Assembly: GCA_025056305.1 (NCBI GenBank)
Contig: JANWWJ010000025.1
Location: forward strand, 57,476 to 121,475
Reading direction: 5' to 3'
Source of the DNA: Chitinophagales bacterium
GTDB lineage: Bacteria > Bacteroidota > Bacteroidia > Chitinophagales > UBA10324
DNA length: 64,000 nt
In this document: positions 9,704 to 20,200 of the stretch, piece by piece
How the letters are laid out: the number at the start of each line of letters is the position of its first letter
Numbering within the stretch: the first letter of the stretch is position 1
Position numbers and translations under genes: made by a program
Notes under the pieces: model-generated
What the model saw: only the letters and a program-made list of their open reading frames with translations
Databases searched by the model: none
Told to the model about the DNA's origin: nothing

Positions 9704-10683
9704 ATCCTTTTGAACAATTCAGCGACCGCGATCAACAAGAAACGCGCGCCGGCTTTGGCGACGGCCTTGTGGAAATTGCCCAACAGAATCCCGATATCGT
9801 AGTCCTTACAGCCGACCTGGGAGGTTCATTAAAACTTTCCAAATTCATGAAAGCCTTCCCGCATCGTTTTTTCCAATGTGGCGTGGCTGAAGCCAATATG
9901 ATGGGCATAGCAGCAGGTTTAGCCACGGCAGGTAAAATACCCTATACCACGACCTTCGCCAACTTCAGCACGGGCCGCGTTTATGATCAAATTCGTCAGA
10001 GCATCGCTTACTCGCATAAAAACGTCAAGATCTGCGCCTCGCACGCAGGCCTGACTTTAGGCGAAGATGGTGCTACCCATCAAATGCTGGAAGACATCGG
10101 GTTGATGCGCATGCTGCCGGGCATGACCGTGGTGGTTCCCTGCGATTACAACCAAACCAAGGCTGCCACGAAAGCAATTGCCACCCATCAGGGCCCCTGC
10201 TACCTGCGTTTCGGCCGTCCGAAATGGCCCAACTTTACCGCCCCTGACCAAACTTTTGAAATCGGCAAAGCACAGATTCTGGTCTCTGGCTCAGATGTGA
10301 CCTTGTTGGCCACCGGCCATATGGTATGGCAAGCCATTGAAGCAGGACGTCAGTTGCACGAAAGCGGTATTTCCGTCGAGCTGATCAACATTCACACCAT
10401 CAAACCGCTGGACGAAACGGCCATACTGGCTTCGGTGCGAAAAACAGGCTGTATTGTGACGGCTGAAGAACACCAGAAATACGGCGGTTTGGGAGAATTG
10501 GTTGCCTCTTTGTTGTGCCGACATTTCCCGGCTCCGCTGCGCATGGTGGCTGTAAACGATACTTTCGGAGAAAGCGGTAAGCCAGCCGAGCTGCTACGTA
10601 AGTATGGATTGCACAGCACCGACATCATTAAAGCCGTGCACGATGTACTGGCAATGGCCCGAGGCCGTGCACCCGTAAGCTGA
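9700..10683 (+). CDS. Transketolase, C-terminal (pyrimidine-binding) subunit
   Basis: Motifs FFQCGVAEANMMGIAAGLA and GEDGATHQMLEDI; 327 aa. Confidence 0.92.
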   Translation: MNPFEQFSDRDQQETRAGFGDGLVEIAQQNPDIVVLTADLGGSLKLSKFMKAFPHRFFQCGVAEANMMGIAAGLATAGKIPYTTTFANFSTGRVYDQIRQSIAYSHKNVKICASHAGLTLGEDGATHQMLEDIGLMRMLPGMTVVVPCDYNQTKAATKAIATHQGPCYLRFGRPKWPNFTAPDQTFEIGKAQILVSGSDVTLLATGHMVWQAIEAGRQLHESGISVELINIHTIKPLDETAILASVRKTGCIVTAEEHQKYGGLGELVASLLCRHFPAPLRMVAVNDTFGESGKPAELLRKYGLHSTDIIKAVHDVLAMARGRAPVS

Positions 10684-10703
10684 CCCAAGTGCGGCATAAT
10701 AAC

Positions 10704-10711
10704 TACCTTTG
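10704..10711 (+). promoter_or_regulatory. Candidate Bacteroidota -7 promoter box (TACCTTTG, matches TAnnTTTG) upstream of tatA
   Basis: Exact match to the TAnnTTTG consensus, 19 nt upstream of the tatA ATG. This is a motif match only. Confidence 0.3.
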
Positions 10712-10729
10712 ATTATCTAAACCATCGTC

Positions 10730-10939
10730 ATGAACACAGTGATGTTGCTTTCGCTACCGGGCGGCAGCGAATGGTTATTGATCTTTTTGGCCATCTTGTT
10801 GCTGTTCGGAGGAAAGAAAATTCCTGAGTTGATGCGCGGCATAGGCCGGGGCATCCGTGAATTCAACAGCGCCAAAAACGAAGTGCAGCAGCAGATTCAG
10901 GAAGGCATGAAAGATGATAAGCGCGACAGCGGCTCTTAA
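10730..10939 (+). CDS. tatA: Twin-arginine translocase subunit TatA/E
   Basis: 69 aa: a single TM helix followed by an amphipathic helix ([30 protein letters not shown]). Confidence 0.9.
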   Translation: MNTVMLLSLPGGSEWLLIFLAILLLFGGKKIPELMRGIGRGIREFNSAKNEVQQQIQEGMKDDKRDSGS

Positions 10940-11088
10940 AGCCATCGCCTTGCTTCCCAACTTACGCTGACCACTTCCAAGGTCATTCACCTTGTTTGAA
11001 CGGGTGATCAGGGCGCGCAACTATTTTTTTCATTACCAATTCCCTTTAATTTTCCGACCGTGTAAGCAAGCAAACTCTTGCGGCAGTC

Positions 11089-12609
11089 ATGAAAGCCACC
11101 ATAGCCAAAGCCTTTAGGCATGCACGCTCATGCTGGCTCAAAAATGCTTGGGCAGCTATGCTGTTTGTTGTTTGCCCCCTTTCCTTGCAGGCTCAGGCCC
11201 GATATCCTTCGTTGGAACCTTTCTTGTTCATCCCTTTTTCGGATGGCGCTGACTCATTAAATCTGGTTAACGACCCTTCAGGAATTTCTGATCTGGAAGC
11301 TCCTCGAGCCTCCTTTGCCGACGTGGATGTTCCGGTCTATTCGGATTCGGTCTATCAGCTCCGCTTGCAACTCCTGCAATCGGAAATCCCGCTGGATTAC
11401 AACCCCCAAGTGCGTAATTACATTGATCTGTACGTGCTCAAGCGCCGAGATCAGGTCAGGCGCATGCTGGCTTTGAGTAAGTTTTACTATCCTCTGTTCG
11501 ACGAAATTTTTGCTTCGTATGGCATTCCTAAAGAAATGAAGCATTTGTGTATTGTAGAGTCAGCCCTGAACCCTCATGCAGTATCGCGGGCCGGTGCTAC
11601 CGGGCTGTGGCAATTCATGTATGCGACAGCGAAAGTTTATGGATTGCAGATCAACCAATATATTGATGAACGTCGAGACATCATCCGAGCCACTCATGGG
11701 GCAGCCCAATACCTTAGCCGAATGTATGACGTATATGGCGACTGGTTGTTGGCCATTGCTTCCTACAACTGTGGCCCCCATAATGTAAACCGGGCCATTC
11801 AGCGATCGGGGAAAAACACTTTTTGGGAAATCCAACCGTTTCTTCCGCGTGAAACGCGCGGCTATGTACCAGCATTCATCGCAGCTACTTATGTCATGAA
11901 TTATTATGAATTACACAATCTGCAGCCTGATTACGAAGCCCTCAAATTCTGCTACGACTCACTGGCCACAATACCCGTAGAAAACCCCATCGCCTTCGAA
12001 ACGGTAGCCCGCTATACAGGCCTGACTTTGGAGGAGCTTCGTTTCCTAAATCCCGGAGTGCGCAGCAACATAATTCCGGCTCTGAACACTCCGTATGAAT
12101 TGAAGTTGCCCAGTGACCGTTGTACTCTGTTTTTTCAATACCGCGACAGTATTCTGGCGCATTCGGCTCACGTAAAGCCGGTGTATTACTACGGCCCTGC
12201 TCCGGGCCAGGTGCGCACATATACGGTCAGGCCTGGCGACAACTTGAGCAGCATTGCAGCACGCCATCGCGTCACGGTAGCGCAGCTGAAAAGATGGAAC
12301 AACCTGCGCAGCAACCTCATTCATCCGGGCCAGCGGTTGAAGATTTACTCCGGCTATCAGCAAGAGGTGGCTGTACAGAATCACAAGCCTTCGACCAGTT
12401 CAAGTGGGGCACCCTTGGCTACGGCGAAAACCAGCGATGAATCAGCCGAGGAACCTCGCATCATCTATTACAAAACCCGCTATGGCGATACCTTGTGGAG
12501 CATCGCCCGCCGCCACGGCACTACTGTGGAAAAAATACGCGCCCTCAACGGCTCTAAGTGCGACAATCTCAAGGCGGGCACCGTGCTGAAAATACAGACC
12601 AAAACCTGA
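11089..12609 (+). CDS. Lytic murein transglycosylase (SLT domain) with two C-terminal LysM domains, MltD-like
   Basis: SLT catalytic motif CIVESALNPHAVSRAGATGLWQFM. LysM repeats YTVRPGDNLSSIAARHRVTVAQLKRWNNL and YKTRYGDTLWSIARRHGTTVEKIRALNG. N-terminal signal peptide. Confidence 0.88.
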   Translation: MKATIAKAFRHARSCWLKNAWAAMLFVVCPLSLQAQARYPSLEPFLFIPFSDGADSLNLVNDPSGISDLEAPRASFADVDVPVYSDSVYQLRLQLLQSEIPLDYNPQVRNYIDLYVLKRRDQVRRMLALSKFYYPLFDEIFASYGIPKEMKHLCIVESALNPHAVSRAGATGLWQFMYATAKVYGLQINQYIDERRDIIRATHGAAQYLSRMYDVYGDWLLAIASYNCGPHNVNRAIQRSGKNTFWEIQPFLPRETRGYVPAFIAATYVMNYYELHNLQPDYEALKFCYDSLATIPVENPIAFETVARYTGLTLEELRFLNPGVRSNIIPALNTPYELKLPSDRCTLFFQYRDSILAHSAHVKPVYYYGPAPGQVRTYTVRPGDNLSSIAARHRVTVAQLKRWNNLRSNLIHPGQRLKIYSGYQQEVAVQNHKPSTSSSGAPLATAKTSDESAEEPRIIYYKTRYGDTLWSIARRHGTTVEKIRALNGSKCDNLKAGTVLKIQTKT

Positions 12610-12691
12610 TAGTTCCGCCCGGCTTTTCATGCGTGTATCCTTGGCTATGAAGTGATTTTCCCGACCCCCAAACCCAGCCTCTTTTTTGCCC

Positions 12692-13972
12692 ATGAACGCT
12701 TCTGAAAACAAACCTTCCGCGGCTGAGGCAACCAGCACCGAAGCTTCTGCAACCCCTCAAAGCCCTGTTTCTTATATTACACTTTTTGCTACATTTTTTA
12801 AAGCCGGTTGCCTTGGCTTTGGTGGTTTTATGTCGCTAATCAGTGTAGTACAAAACATTTTGGTAGAAAAGAAAAAGTTGTTGCGTCGTGAAGACATGCT
12901 GGATGCAATTACTTTGGCCAGCATCCTGCCTGGTCCACAGGCCGTAAACGTAGTTGCACTTTCCGGAAGCAAACTCAGAGGCACCGTAGGTGCCATCGTA
13001 GCAGCCGTTGCCGTCATTCTGCCTTCGTTTGTATTGATGTTGGTGTTGAGCTATCTCTATCAGCATTACGGTAAGAATCCGGTAGTGATGAGCTTTTTTA
13101 AGGGCTTTTTGCCTGCGGTTACGGCCGTCATCACCAGTGTTGCGTGGAAGATGGCGCGCAAGCAAGTGCAGAATTCTATCGATTTGGCTATCATGCTCGT
13201 CGCCTTGGCAGCGTTGGTCCTGATTCCAAAAGATTTCCGCCTCTATGCCACTTTTTTGTTGGTCATCTGTTTTGGCTTAGCCGGCTATTTTCTCTTTTAC
13301 CAGAGAAATACGGCTGTGACTTCTGTCGCAGCTGCAGCAAATCCTCATCGCTTTCCCTGGCTCAAAGTGGGTGCAGTGTTGGTCATGGTGGCCTTGCTCA
13401 TCGCTTTGCTATATGTACGTGTGGCGCCGCATCAGTTCGATTCTCTCTTTAACCTGACCAAAACCTTTGGCGGATTAAGTGTGATGTTGTTTGGGGGCGG
13501 CTATGTCATCATCCCCATGATCCGGCATCACGTAGTGGATGTCTTTGGTTGGCTCAGCAACACTTCCTTTACCGATGCCATTGCTTTCAGCCAGGTGATG
13601 CCGGGCCCCATACTGATCGCTGCCACCTTTATCGGCTACCAGGTACAGGGTCTGGCCGGAGCATTATTTTCCACGGTGGCTATTTTTGCGCCGCCGGCTA
13701 TAGTGATGGTAGTAGCCTCGCAAGCAGCAGATTACTTAAAGCGTTCAGCGATAGCCGCCAGCATCTTACGAGGCATAAGAAGTGGTGTTATCGGAATGAT
13801 TTTCTTTGCTGCCCTTGAATTAGCACTTACTGCAGAGACGGACTCACTGGGTCAGATCATACCGTTTGTTGTGATTTTTGCCGCATCTTTGTACGCGCTA
13901 ATGAAACACAACGTCGACGTAGCCTACCTCACCCCTCTTGCCGGTGTAGTAGGTTATTTCTTGTACCGATAA
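12692..13972 (+). CDS. chrA: CHR-family (ChrA-like) chromate ion transporter, fused two-domain form
   Basis: ~425-aa polytopic protein with the repeated CHR signature (GCLGFGGFMSLISVVQ ... and ... FGGGYVIIPMIRH..). The track start at 12686 is TTG; the ATG is at 12692. Confidence 0.8.
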   Translation: MNASENKPSAAEATSTEASATPQSPVSYITLFATFFKAGCLGFGGFMSLISVVQNILVEKKKLLRREDMLDAITLASILPGPQAVNVVALSGSKLRGTVGAIVAAVAVILPSFVLMLVLSYLYQHYGKNPVVMSFFKGFLPAVTAVITSVAWKMARKQVQNSIDLAIMLVALAALVLIPKDFRLYATFLLVICFGLAGYFLFYQRNTAVTSVAAAANPHRFPWLKVGAVLVMVALLIALLYVRVAPHQFDSLFNLTKTFGGLSVMLFGGGYVIIPMIRHHVVDVFGWLSNTSFTDAIAFSQVMPGPILIAATFIGYQVQGLAGALFSTVAIFAPPAIVMVVASQAADYLKRSAIAASILRGIRSGVIGMIFFAALELALTAETDSLGQIIPFVVIFAASLYALMKHNVDVAYLTPLAGVVGYFLYR

Positions 13973-13987
13973 AGCAAGGCTCATCTG

Positions 13988-15016
13988 ATGCAGGCATTAT
14001 TTCTGGTAGGCGAACAGAGATCAGGTTCCAATTTGCTGCGCCTCATGATTTCCAATACGCATGAAGTAGCAGCACCTCATCCACCGCATATTCTGCAACG
14101 GATCGATCCGTATGTACCGGTACACCAGCCGCTGAATGAAGTGCAGTTCGACCAAATGGTCGAAATCGTCTGTGAGCTGGTAGAAAAAAATCCTGTGCCC
14201 TGGTTGAATACCGTCTTGCACCGCGATGAGGTCAAGAAACGATGCCGGGAAAAGCATGTGATCGCCATTTACGGCGCAGTCATGGACATTTATGCCGAAT
14301 GCAACCACGCCCAAAAATGGATGTGCAAAAGCATGCAGAACATCCGTTGGGCAAAACATTTAAACAATTACTTTCATAATAACAAATACATATACTTACA
14401 TCGCGATCCGCGGGATGTTGCCTTGTCGTTCAGTAAAGCGGTGATCGGTGAGAAACATCCTTATTTTACCGCCCTGCAGTGGAAACAACTCCAGCGCCTG
14501 TGTTTGGACATGCGCGCGCAAATGCCTACCGACCGCTTCTTTACCATTTCTTACGACCAACTGATCAACGACACTGAAAGCACCCTACGTAACCTGTGTG
14601 GTTATTTGGGCATTGAATTCCGCAAGGAAATGATGCACTTTTATGAAAGTGAAGAAGCCCGAAACACCGCCGCTTCCAGCTCCTTGTGGGAAAATGTGGC
14701 CAAGCCCATCATGCACCACAATACCAATAAGTTTTTAAGGGAATTAACTCAAGATCAGATCTGCATCATCGAATCAATTGCAGGGCCGGAAATGGACGAA
14801 CTGGGCTATCGCCGTTTATACATAGCCCGCGGCGAAGAACTGCAATTTACTCCGAAACAAATCGAGGAATTCCGGCGAGAAAATGAACGGCTTAAGATAG
14901 AAAAGTCGAAGAATACTGATCCTGAGGATTTACGTAAACGGCGCACTCAGGAACAGGTATTGGAAAAATTAGCCCGCTATGTCGAAGAATGGGGTCTTAA
15001 GCCCCAACACGCCTGA
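13988..15016 (+). CDS. Cytoplasmic PAPS-dependent sulfotransferase family protein
   Basis: 5'-PSB loop GEQRSGSNLL near the N-terminus and a 3'-PB-like motif YLHRDPRDVALS. No signal peptide. Charged coiled-coil tail. Starts 16 nt after chrA. Confidence 0.7.
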   Translation: MQALFLVGEQRSGSNLLRLMISNTHEVAAPHPPHILQRIDPYVPVHQPLNEVQFDQMVEIVCELVEKNPVPWLNTVLHRDEVKKRCREKHVIAIYGAVMDIYAECNHAQKWMCKSMQNIRWAKHLNNYFHNNKYIYLHRDPRDVALSFSKAVIGEKHPYFTALQWKQLQRLCLDMRAQMPTDRFFTISYDQLINDTESTLRNLCGYLGIEFRKEMMHFYESEEARNTAASSSLWENVAKPIMHHNTNKFLRELTQDQICIIESIAGPEMDELGYRRLYIARGEELQFTPKQIEEFRRENERLKIEKSKNTDPEDLRKRRTQEQVLEKLARYVEEWGLKPQHA

Positions 15017-15031
15017 TCGGCTCCGTTTGCC

Positions 15032-17218
15032 TTAGTTCAACTTGATAAAAGGCACCATTACCGGGACATTCGGTCCCAACACTTGCAAGAGGTAACTGCC
15101 CGCTGGCAACAAGCCTGTGTGCACAATCAAATTTGAACCCCGAATCTGAAATGGCACCGCTTTCATTCGACCGCTGACGTCCAGCAAATACACGTGTTCT
15201 ACCGGCCCAATTCCAATCCCTTGTAAAGTCAATTCCGCACCCACCAAAGGATTGGGATAGGCTATCCATTCCGGCGCATGGAGTTCGCTCACACCAATGT
15301 AATTCGGCAGAATCGATCCTCCCGCTTCTTTATAGCGTGCTACCCATTCCTGATAGTACTGATTGGCCAATTGGGCATCATGCACAATAACGGTGTTTTC
15401 ATCGTTTCGAAGCTGAGCAGATGAAGACCAATTGTGTGATCCGGTGAGCACCAGCGGATCCCAGGCCGGTGCATTTGCATCTACCAACAAGTATTTATGA
15501 TGCACAGCGTAGCTGTGGTTGGCTACAAAGAGCTGGTTGGCCATGTTTTGGTATAAAATGTCGAAAGCATAATCACCGTTGCTGGTATCGTCCACCACAC
15601 CACCTCCCCATACTCCTGCATCGGTACGCTCATCAATGGAATAGGAAATATTGAAACGAGTGTAAGCATAAACGCAGAATTGCAGGTCATAATCAGCAGT
15701 CTCAATCGTCCTGCGGATGGCCGTTTCGGTATCATCACTGGGACTGAAATACAACTCAACCCTGCGCCCACCTACATTAAATTCTTTTGGCGTATTGTTT
15801 TTCTTGTCCGGTCCAAATACGCCCGCAAACATCTCTTCAAATTCCATGGTATAGGCTTGAGCCAAACTTTGGTCCTGAATGATGATGACGTTGTTGGCAT
15901 CGTTATTTATTTGCTCGTTAGTGAAATTCATCGAGCCTGTCCACACAATGGCATCGTTGGGATCCGGCGAGTAAGCATCAATGATAACAAACTTGTTATG
16001 CATGATGCCATAGGAACTGCCGGTTGGACTGAGTTTCATGTTAGGCGCAGGCAGTAAGAGCTGATTCCACGCACCCATGTTCATGTTGTTCGCATCCCCG
16101 ATGATGCGCACCGTTACCCCACGGTTGTAAGCAGCATTAATGGCATCAACAATACCGTTGTTGTTATCCATGTTATATATGGCAATGTCCATCGTGTATT
16201 TCGCACGGTTCATGTAGGCGATCAACGTGTCGTCCATTTGTTGCGGCAATGTGACTGCCAGGCTACCTTGTGCTACACTGTGATCTACATTGCGGGTGAA
16301 ATAGGCCAGAATTTTTCCAGACGATAGCGAGCGAGTCATCATAGGAATGACGGCCGAATACGAAGTGTCGCCCGTAGCACTGACCGAAGCAACCTTAACA
16401 TAATACAAGGTTGTTGGCGTCAACCCACTGACGGTGATGTTGTGCTCGGTGACCAAAGCATTATCAAAAACTACATTTCCCAGCGCCGGCGTAAGTCCGT
16501 AATAAACTATGGTATTACCTGGGTTTTGGGTCTGAAAGTAAATGTCGAAAGACGTCGTCTGAATGTTGTGCTGAAAAGGCGCAGAAAGCAAAACCGGCGG
16601 GTTGCCGGCCAAAACCAAATCATCGAGGTCTCGAGGCAACAATTGATAAGAACTTTGATATTGGCTCATGATGCCGATCAAGCTGAGTTTTCCTGAGGGA
16701 ATAGGTGTTCCAGCGATGTTGGTGGTGCCGACCACTCGAACTTCCGCTGCGGCCACTGTATTATCGGTTGCCTGATAGTTGGCGCTGGCTAATGAAAAGG
16801 TGCCGGTACTGATGAATTGGGAATTGTTAAAACGGACGAGCTGACCTTCGTATTGCTCGGTATAACCCTGAACCATGGTCAATACTTTGGGTGCGGGTAA
16901 AGGGTTGCCTGTACTGATGACCGTGTAACTTGTTACAGGAGATAACTCCAAAAGATTGTTGAATGAATACAGCACTCCCGTTACTTCTACACTGTCACCC
17001 CGTTTCAATCCGCTTAATGAGGTTGAATAAAGACCGATGCCGGCTGTACCATCTTGCAGGTAGCGAATTGTGCCAAGTTCACTGCCGTTGGTAATAATAC
17101 CTCTAATGGTTACGGTGGTGCCCAGGGGCATGTTGCGGGCATCGGCAATAGAGATCACCTGCGCTTTTACAGATGCAAAACAGGCTAGTGTAAAAAGGAG
17201 GAGAAAAGTTTTTTTCAT
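15032..17218 (-). CDS. Secreted phospholipase-D-superfamily protein (two HKD motifs) with an OB-fold-like N-terminal domain and a T9SS type-A CTD; possible extracellular nuclease or phospholipase
   Basis: HKD motif 1 HNKFVIID is encoded at 15977-16000 and HKD motif 2 HHKYLLVD at 15479-15502. Signal peptide MKKTFLLLFTLACFASVKAQ from the ATG at 17218. The C-terminus (YPNPLVGAELTLQ...LLQVLG) is a T9SS sorting domain. Confidence 0.8.
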   Translation of the reverse strand: MKKTFLLLFTLACFASVKAQVISIADARNMPLGTTVTIRGIITNGSELGTIRYLQDGTAGIGLYSTSLSGLKRGDSVEVTGVLYSFNNLLELSPVTSYTVISTGNPLPAPKVLTMVQGYTEQYEGQLVRFNNSQFISTGTFSLASANYQATDNTVAAAEVRVVGTTNIAGTPIPSGKLSLIGIMSQYQSSYQLLPRDLDDLVLAGNPPVLLSAPFQHNIQTTSFDIYFQTQNPGNTIVYYGLTPALGNVVFDNALVTEHNITVSGLTPTTLYYVKVASVSATGDTSYSAVIPMMTRSLSSGKILAYFTRNVDHSVAQGSLAVTLPQQMDDTLIAYMNRAKYTMDIAIYNMDNNNGIVDAINAAYNRGVTVRIIGDANNMNMGAWNQLLLPAPNMKLSPTGSSYGIMHNKFVIIDAYSPDPNDAIVWTGSMNFTNEQINNDANNVIIIQDQSLAQAYTMEFEEMFAGVFGPDKKNNTPKEFNVGGRRVELYFSPSDDTETAIRRTIETADYDLQFCVYAYTRFNISYSIDERTDAGVWGGGVVDDTSNGDYAFDILYQNMANQLFVANHSYAVHHKYLLVDANAPAWDPLVLTGSHNWSSSAQLRNDENTVIVHDAQLANQYYQEWVARYKEAGGSILPNYIGVSELHAPEWIAYPNPLVGAELTLQGIGIGPVEHVYLLDVSGRMKAVPFQIRGSNLIVHTGLLPAGSYLLQVLGPNVPVMVPFIKLN

Positions 17219-17277
17219 CAACAAAATTTTGGAAAGCGAAGATAACAGTTTAGGAGGGTGCTTGGGGCAGGAAGATA

Positions 17278-20200
17278 TTACGGCTCTGTCAGCACCAACG
17301 GGAGGGTGTGCTTTTGGCCATCAACGTATACGGTTATCCAATAGATGCCCGGAGGCCAGCTGTGCGTGGAAATAGCCAGGGGCTGGTTCAGACGATAAGT
17401 CTTTAATGGCAAAAGCTGTCTGCCGGTTAAATCAGTGATGGTAATGGCTACAGGCATGTTGCAGGTTGAGCATGCTATAAATACAAAATCTGAAGCCGGA
17501 TTGGGATAAACAGACAGTTGGGCATTTGAGCCTGCATGTCCTGAGTACAACAATACCGTTACCATGCGAACGGCTTGATTGGTACATCCTTGCGGGTCGG
17601 TGTAGGCGTAAGTGATTTTATGATTTCCAGGACCAGCTACTGCTGGATCGAAAAAGTTGCCATTGACAATTCCCGGGCCGCTGAATACGCCTCCACCCGG
17701 CAAACCTGTAAGCGCTACCGGCCCCATGAGGGTATGCATCGTGTCAGGAAGACCGATGAGCAAGACCTCAGGTAAGGGCGACACTTCAACATAGAGCTGA
17801 ACAATCGTATCGCATTCATTATTGACTTCGTTGACCAAAAGCGTAAATAGGGTTGATTGCACGGGTATGGTGGTAATCAGAGCCGAAGCTCCGTCGGGCG
17901 GATCTGTGCCTTCCAGCAAAGGATACCATTGATAGAAATACGTACCCAATCCCAGGTTTATTGCCTGAAGCTGGATGGTATCCAGGGCACAAATAAATGA
18001 ATCATTGACCACCGCTACAATCTGAGGATAATAGATCGTTGCAACTACCGGCGTTCGAGGACCGGAACAAGCCAAAACTGAATAATGCAATCTTCCATTC
18101 CACAATCGACTCCCTGTTGACGAACCAAACAAGCCCGAAACGCCTACCCCTTTTGTTAAACTGATCATGGAATCAGTTAGAAAAACATCAGGTCCACCCG
18201 CTACGGCGGTATTAATTAATGCAGCCGCGGTGGTGCTCACGTACAAGGCATACGATGAACCGGAAGGAATGGTAAGATTCAGCGGCAGCGGCACAGAGGT
18301 CAGATTCCCAAAACCTTTGCCTTGAACCGTGATGCTTCCGCAAAAAATCCAGTCCAAAGCATTTTGCTCGAATCCTTGAAAAGATCCTTTTCGGTAGTAA
18401 ATCTTAAGAGGAATATCGGATGCTTGAATGAGATGAACATCTATAGAATGAATCATAATATTTTCATGAGCCAGTATGTTAAACATTATTCCTTCTTCTA
18501 TGGCTCCACCGTCTAATGAGCTGTTCACAAACAAAGAGGGAGGCGGACCTGCCTCTACCCAGAAGGTATCGGTAGCCAAAAGCGAAGGCACCACCAGCGA
18601 TGGACCCATCCCTAAGAAAGTGCCTCCGGCCGGTTTATTATACCAACAGATCAGATCAGAAGTTGCTGTGGCCGTCAGCACTATCTTGCCCGGCCCACAT
18701 CGCGAAACTGGCATGGCCACAGGAGCCTGGGGCGTGTGCATCACCTTGAGATGCGCGGTGTCGCTGTACGCAGAGGAAGCACACGTGGCCTGAACACGAT
18801 ACTGATGAACATCAGAAGCAATCACAGTTAATGTATGGCCCGTGGCTCCGCTCACATCCATAAAGTTGGCCAAAGCCGAATCGAAATACTGCCATTGTAA
18901 AGAAGCCCCTTCGGTGTACCCTTGAACGTTTAATTCCACCGCAGCTGTGTCGCAAAGCAGGGTCCAGCCTGGCGTGATGATCCCGGCCTTTGGCACCTGC
19001 ACTACATCAATTGTTGCGGATTGAGAAGCCGAACAACCCGTGACCGAGTTGGCAACTGTAACAGTGTAAACGGTACTAACCTGCGGGCTAGCTACGGGCG
19101 TTCCACTTGAGGAATTATCCAAACCTGCTGACGGTGTCCATGTGTAAGAATACAATTGGGGTAAAAAGCGATAGGCACTGTTTGACGCCGTCCATGAAGA
19201 AGAGTTGCGTCCGGGTACTACTGCTGCCTGCAATCCGCCAGGTGACTCAAGCCCTTGCGTATGGCCAAACCAATTGCCTGCCGGATTACCCGGCATATTC
19301 GCCGTGTGAATTTCAATGCGGTATTGATGTTCATGAAGTTCAACCCGCACCGTTACCGGATCGGCAGGACCACTCTGGGAATAATGGGGCACCTGATCAA
19401 AACGAACCACCAATTTTCGATATGGAGCGATTCCTGTTGTGTAGTACGAAACGTTCCCTCCAAGATTGGGGGCCAGATCTTCCCAGGCCAGGGCAATGAG
19501 GTTGTTGGGTGGAAACGGATTAGGTAACAGCTGTCCCGTACAACATCCATCCCCGCCCGTGGCATCGAAGGTAATATATCCATTTGATGAAATATAAAAT
19601 TCCTGATAATAATTGCCGTAAAACCAAAACGAGAAACCAATAGGAAATGGCCCTTGCAACTCATCATCATTTAGTGCGACGATAGTGCCCACCGTGTCGT
19701 TTTGCATGAAGGCAATCGGTTCTACAGTGTAGTTGAGCGCAGGACTTACTGTAGTCGTAAGCAAAACACTGTTACCGGCACATAGAGTATCGTGCTTGGG
19801 CGTCACTTGAACGACCGGCGGCTGATATACGCTAATCTGCACTTGTGCCTGACTGACACATTCGCCCAATTCTGCCGTTAGGGTATAAGTGGTAGTCGCC
19901 GGAGGTAAAGTCTTTACAACGGGCTGCTGCGTGGTCGAAAGGCCAAGAGCAGGAGCCCAATGATAGCTGTCGAAACCGGAAGTGGCCAGCAGCGTTAGAG
20001 AGTCAGATTCATTAGTACAAATGGACCACTTACTTGAGAGGCTAATCACCTCTAACTGCGGCGGCGTAATTACCGTTGCCGCCACCGCTTGACGGCTGCT
20101 TCGGCAAAGATCTGCATGCACAAAAATCCAATCAAAAAAATAATGATAATAACCAGGTCCAAGGTTGCTGGTGCGCAGGCGCACAACACCTGTCATTTCA

